A DNA stretch of 64,000 nucleotides from Laetmonice hystrix. Taxonomy: Eukaryota. Below, one piece after another: positions 60,465 to 64,000 of the stretch. The stretch lies in the NCBI GenBank assembly GCA_965235115.1, contig OZ249444.1, forward strand, positions 29,326,001 through 29,390,000, read 5' to 3'. Position 1 is the first letter of the stretch. Every line of letters begins with the position of its first letter. Made by a program: the position numbers and the translations under genes. The notes under the pieces are model-generated. The model was not told the origin of the DNA, made no database searches, and was given only the letters and a program-made list of their open reading frames with translations.

Positions 60465-62876
60465 TTACCTTGGTTTTGACAACACTGAACTCATGGCAGT
60501 CCGTATATTGAAAATATCATCTGGCGTTACTCGACAGCACCCTCCCACCCAGTGGGCTCCTAGGTGGAGCCACAGATCCACGAACTCATGAATGGGCTTA
60601 ACTGATGTCTTGTCCTGCCACCTGGAGGCGAAATCAACAACTACTGTGAGCCAAACCTGGGGTCAATGGATTCCAGCCTGCGCGAGTCCTACGGTTAATG
60701 CATACATCAAAACTCGATGTCTAAAGGGAAAATATAGGATATATATATGGACTTTCGGACCGCAGGAATCGAGATTAACCGAAGCAATGGAACAATTTAC
60801 TTCCCTGAAGGCTGACTGTTATACACTGTAAAACCTATTTTCAGAATCAATTATGTGCATATTTGCTTCTGTTGGAATATCGTTAATTTTGGTCCCTGGG
60901 ACCTTCATAAGTAAAAAACTTAACAACTTGTTCTCACCTCTTCTCTTGTGTCCATGTCTCTCCACTGTTTGGGGCAACAATCAGTGTTTTCCCATCGAGT
61001 ACTGGCGTGACACACTTAATGAGAGACTCGATGTGTTTGGGGTGCGTACAGTTAATTCCAACTCCCAACATCTGATCACTGTTAACCACACAGCGTGCAG
61101 CATCTGCTATCTTCTCCCCATGACACACATGTTCCCCATCCTGTAACCAACAACCAATTTTTTTTTCAATAATTAATCCTGATAGGCTGATTATTCTCCA
61201 AACTATACTACTACTTATACTACGTGTGTTAAGATTCAGTATGCACATCTGTTATACATGCTGTTCATTTTCTCTGTGAAATTGTTCTTTAGTAAAATAA
61301 TACTCATATTATTTTATGTATCACTGAATAAACAAGATTTTTGTATATATATAAATGTACTCACCTTGCAAGAGAAGGAAAGCCAAGCTTTGCTGTCAGG
61401 GAAATCCTGCATCAGTTCACATAAAGCCTCTGCTTCTTTTTGTGCTGGAATCGTCTCGAGGACAAGGACATCTACTCCACCTGCAAGTAACACTTCTATC
61501 CTATCTCTGTGCCATGCCTTCAGGTCCTGTGGAAAACAACAGTAAAACAAACATATTCATCACATACAAAATGATAACTGGTATCAAAATATATACTTCA
61601 TTTCCTGCCAGAAATACAGCTTCTTTACCCATCCTCATGCTCCCTCATTACCTCATTGTGGTTACCTAGGATGTTATAATACGCCAAGGTACAAACCTGG
61701 TGTGAAATATGATCTACATATGATCCAGAATACTCCGAGCCATCTGCTTGACAGGCACCATATGGTCCCACTGACCCAGCCACCAGGGGATGTATGCGGT
61801 CTGTCAATGATTAGATTGGAGGTCTAAGTTTGCAATTCAGTTAGAGAAACTTCTCGGAGCTTTTTGTAGTATAAATGAAGTCAGGACTTTCTCACCTGAG
61901 TGAAGGTTTGGATGGTCGTCCCAGAACTGGTCCCTGACCTCTCGTGCAACCTTGACCCCAGTCGTCATGAGGTCAAGGGCATCCTGTTTCTGAAGCCCAA
62001 GATGTTGACTGAATCCAGACAAACTGGCCTGGTAGGTTACCGTCTCGATGATATCTGCTCCTGCCTCCAGGAATCTGCAACTCATACATTAATCATCTAA
62101 TTTCACTGAGTGAGAATAACTCAATGACAAAAGAAATAAAGGTCCTGTATCTGAATTATTAGTTTAAGACACATAACTAAAATAATTTTCGACTTGACCT
62201 GAGTATATGGTTACTGAAATCTTAGCAGATGTACATAGGCTGTATTTCTGCTTGTCCTGTGCAACTTTTCTTCTCTGAATGCCATAATGAAGTTGTGGGG
62301 AAATGGACAACACAATAAGTTTACCTTTGGTGAACTTTCCTGATTGAGTCCAGGTTTGTGTGCAGTATCCTGGCACTCCAAAGTGGGTCATCCTTATCAA
62401 GGGTTCACATCAAGGGTACACAACAAAAAGTGAGAAACTTGTTAGGACTGAAGAATTGCATGCTAATATGGCCCATGCAAAATACCTCTAATTCTTACAA
62501 TATGTACTAGGCATCCATCTAATGACTAAATAACCTTACAGCTTAGCTTATCATGCAAGTTAGACATTTAAGTCAAACTGAATACATATACCCCGGTACT
62601 TTATGTAATTTCCAGGAAACTAAAACTTGCATGGGATCATTAAAAATTAAGTGGTTTTGAATATTTTCACAGAATTAATTCAATATTTATATTAAAAAAA
62701 AAAACATTAACATGCTTTACTATTGACTGGCCAGTCTTTTAGCTACCAACCCTTTACTTGTCTGCTGCTATTAATTAGCATCTTACATCGATTTCTGGAT
62801 GACCAAGACTAACAAGATCACTGGCAGAACCTCCATCTAACACTGCATAGCAGGGCAGGCTTCTCGAGGTCTTCAT
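60465..62876 (-). CDS. Homocysteine S-methyltransferase (MmuM/HMT-like), 320 aa
   Basis: Exons 62787-62876 ([10 protein letters not shown]), 62325-62392 (DPLWSARIL), 61896-62074 ([11 protein letters not shown]), 61697-61800 ([17 protein letters not shown]), 61365-61526 (ETIP), 60938-61140 (GINC..PNSGE), 60465-60621 (VGGCCR..stop). Total 963 nt, in frame. All three Zn-binding Cys present. Confidence 0.93.
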
Positions 62877-63297
62877 CTGTGTTAGACAAAACAGGATATA
62901 GGCTACAACTTAAGTAAAGTGACAACTGCTAAGTAAAGTCACGATCATCTTTCTAATCTTATGAATCCTCATGTACTGCCTTATCTACAAAACCATGTGC
63001 TATTCTAAATAAACCATAGCTACGGTTTGGAGCCATCACTGACCGGGACTTGGCCGCAGCAAGTCCCGTCAGCAAGCAGTTGACCTGTCGGTGTCCTGCC
63101 GCGACAACAGAAGCACCATTTTCATTTATTTACGAGTGACAGCCCAACTTAATATTAAAAATAGCTGAAAACAACAACTGAGAGTAAGAATAGACCCAGA
63201 ACAACCTAAATGCTACTTTCTTCTCATTTGATACGTCTTGGGTCCCACGTTTGTTTTGGTTCTCTGTTATCGCTCAGTGTAGATGGCAGCACTGGCG

Positions 63298-63362
63298 CTG
63301 ACTGGTCCCCTGCTCAACTCTTATCTCCGAGGGGAGCGGGGAGTGAGCAGGGGACCAGTCAG
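63298..63362. other. Perfect 19-bp inverted repeat (hairpin)
   Basis: CTGACTGGTCCCCTGCTCA ... TGAGCAGGGGACCAGTCAG with a 27-nt, partly self-pairing loop. Confidence 0.85.
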
Positions 63363-64000
63363 GCTGAAGAGCCCCTCTGCATTATGGGACGGGGTACATG
63401 AGCAGCACATGGCACTTTGAATGGAAGACTGCTATTTTTGCGTTAAACATCTACGAATCCTTGTCTTTTGTGTCAAAAAGAATTTTAAAGTTGTTCTGTA
63501 GTACCAGAAAAGTGGTATTGCTGATGTATAAACTATGTTAGGAACGTATTCCTATGCCTGCTAATTATGGTTACTTAGCTTAGCCCTTACCTTAGGCTTA
63601 GGCCTTAGCTTAGGCTTAGGCTTAGCCTTAGATCTACCCTTGGCCTTACTTAGCCTAGGCCAAGTTAGGGCAATGCCATTTACAATGATGCAGAACCTTG
63701 CCTACATTTTACATTGGTGCATTACCAGCCCAGGCTATTACTTAGGCAGGTTCGAATCCACTGGCTCCCCAATGCAGTCACTTTGAGTAACTTTAGTAAG
63801 TTATCCATAACATACTAGACGTCACGATTACAAGCAATACATTATCCCATTTCCTCATGACGTACAGACATGCTGAAATTCACCGGACTTCGGACAATGA
63901 CGAAAAAAAAATGGCAATGTCCGGTAAATGTTGGCAAAACACCGGACAAAATGTCCGGTATTTCGATCTAGTACCCTAAATTTGTGGTAAAAATCCCTAA

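Overview
This is intron-rich, AT-rich animal genomic DNA, probably from a non-vertebrate bilaterian; the species cannot be fixed from the sequence. Seven spliced genes were reconstructed by hand with GT-AG junctions and consistent exon phases: unc-80 (5' part, minus strand, runs off the left edge), an unassigned non-RD protein kinase (minus), DZIP1/iguana-like (minus), DNAJC3/P58IPK (plus), OBI1/RNF219 (plus), MSL2 (plus) and a homocysteine S-methyltransferase (minus). The introns hold many minisatellites and several non-autonomous TIR elements (MITEs). The main observation is that three of the DZIP1-like intronic tandem arrays are amplified copies of its own splice junctions: ~48 copies of an acceptor, ~8 copies of a donor, and 8 copies of an 18-nt candidate micro-exon plus donor. 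A fourth array copies a putative donor. Also notable: a perfect ERSE upstream of DNAJC3, a Harbinger-like MITE family built from a repeated 12-bp palindrome, a 12-aa coding repeat in the OBI1 tail, and TTAGGC-like and poly-G/C tracts near 5' gene ends. All coordinates were counted by hand and may be off by a base or two. No database searches were run.
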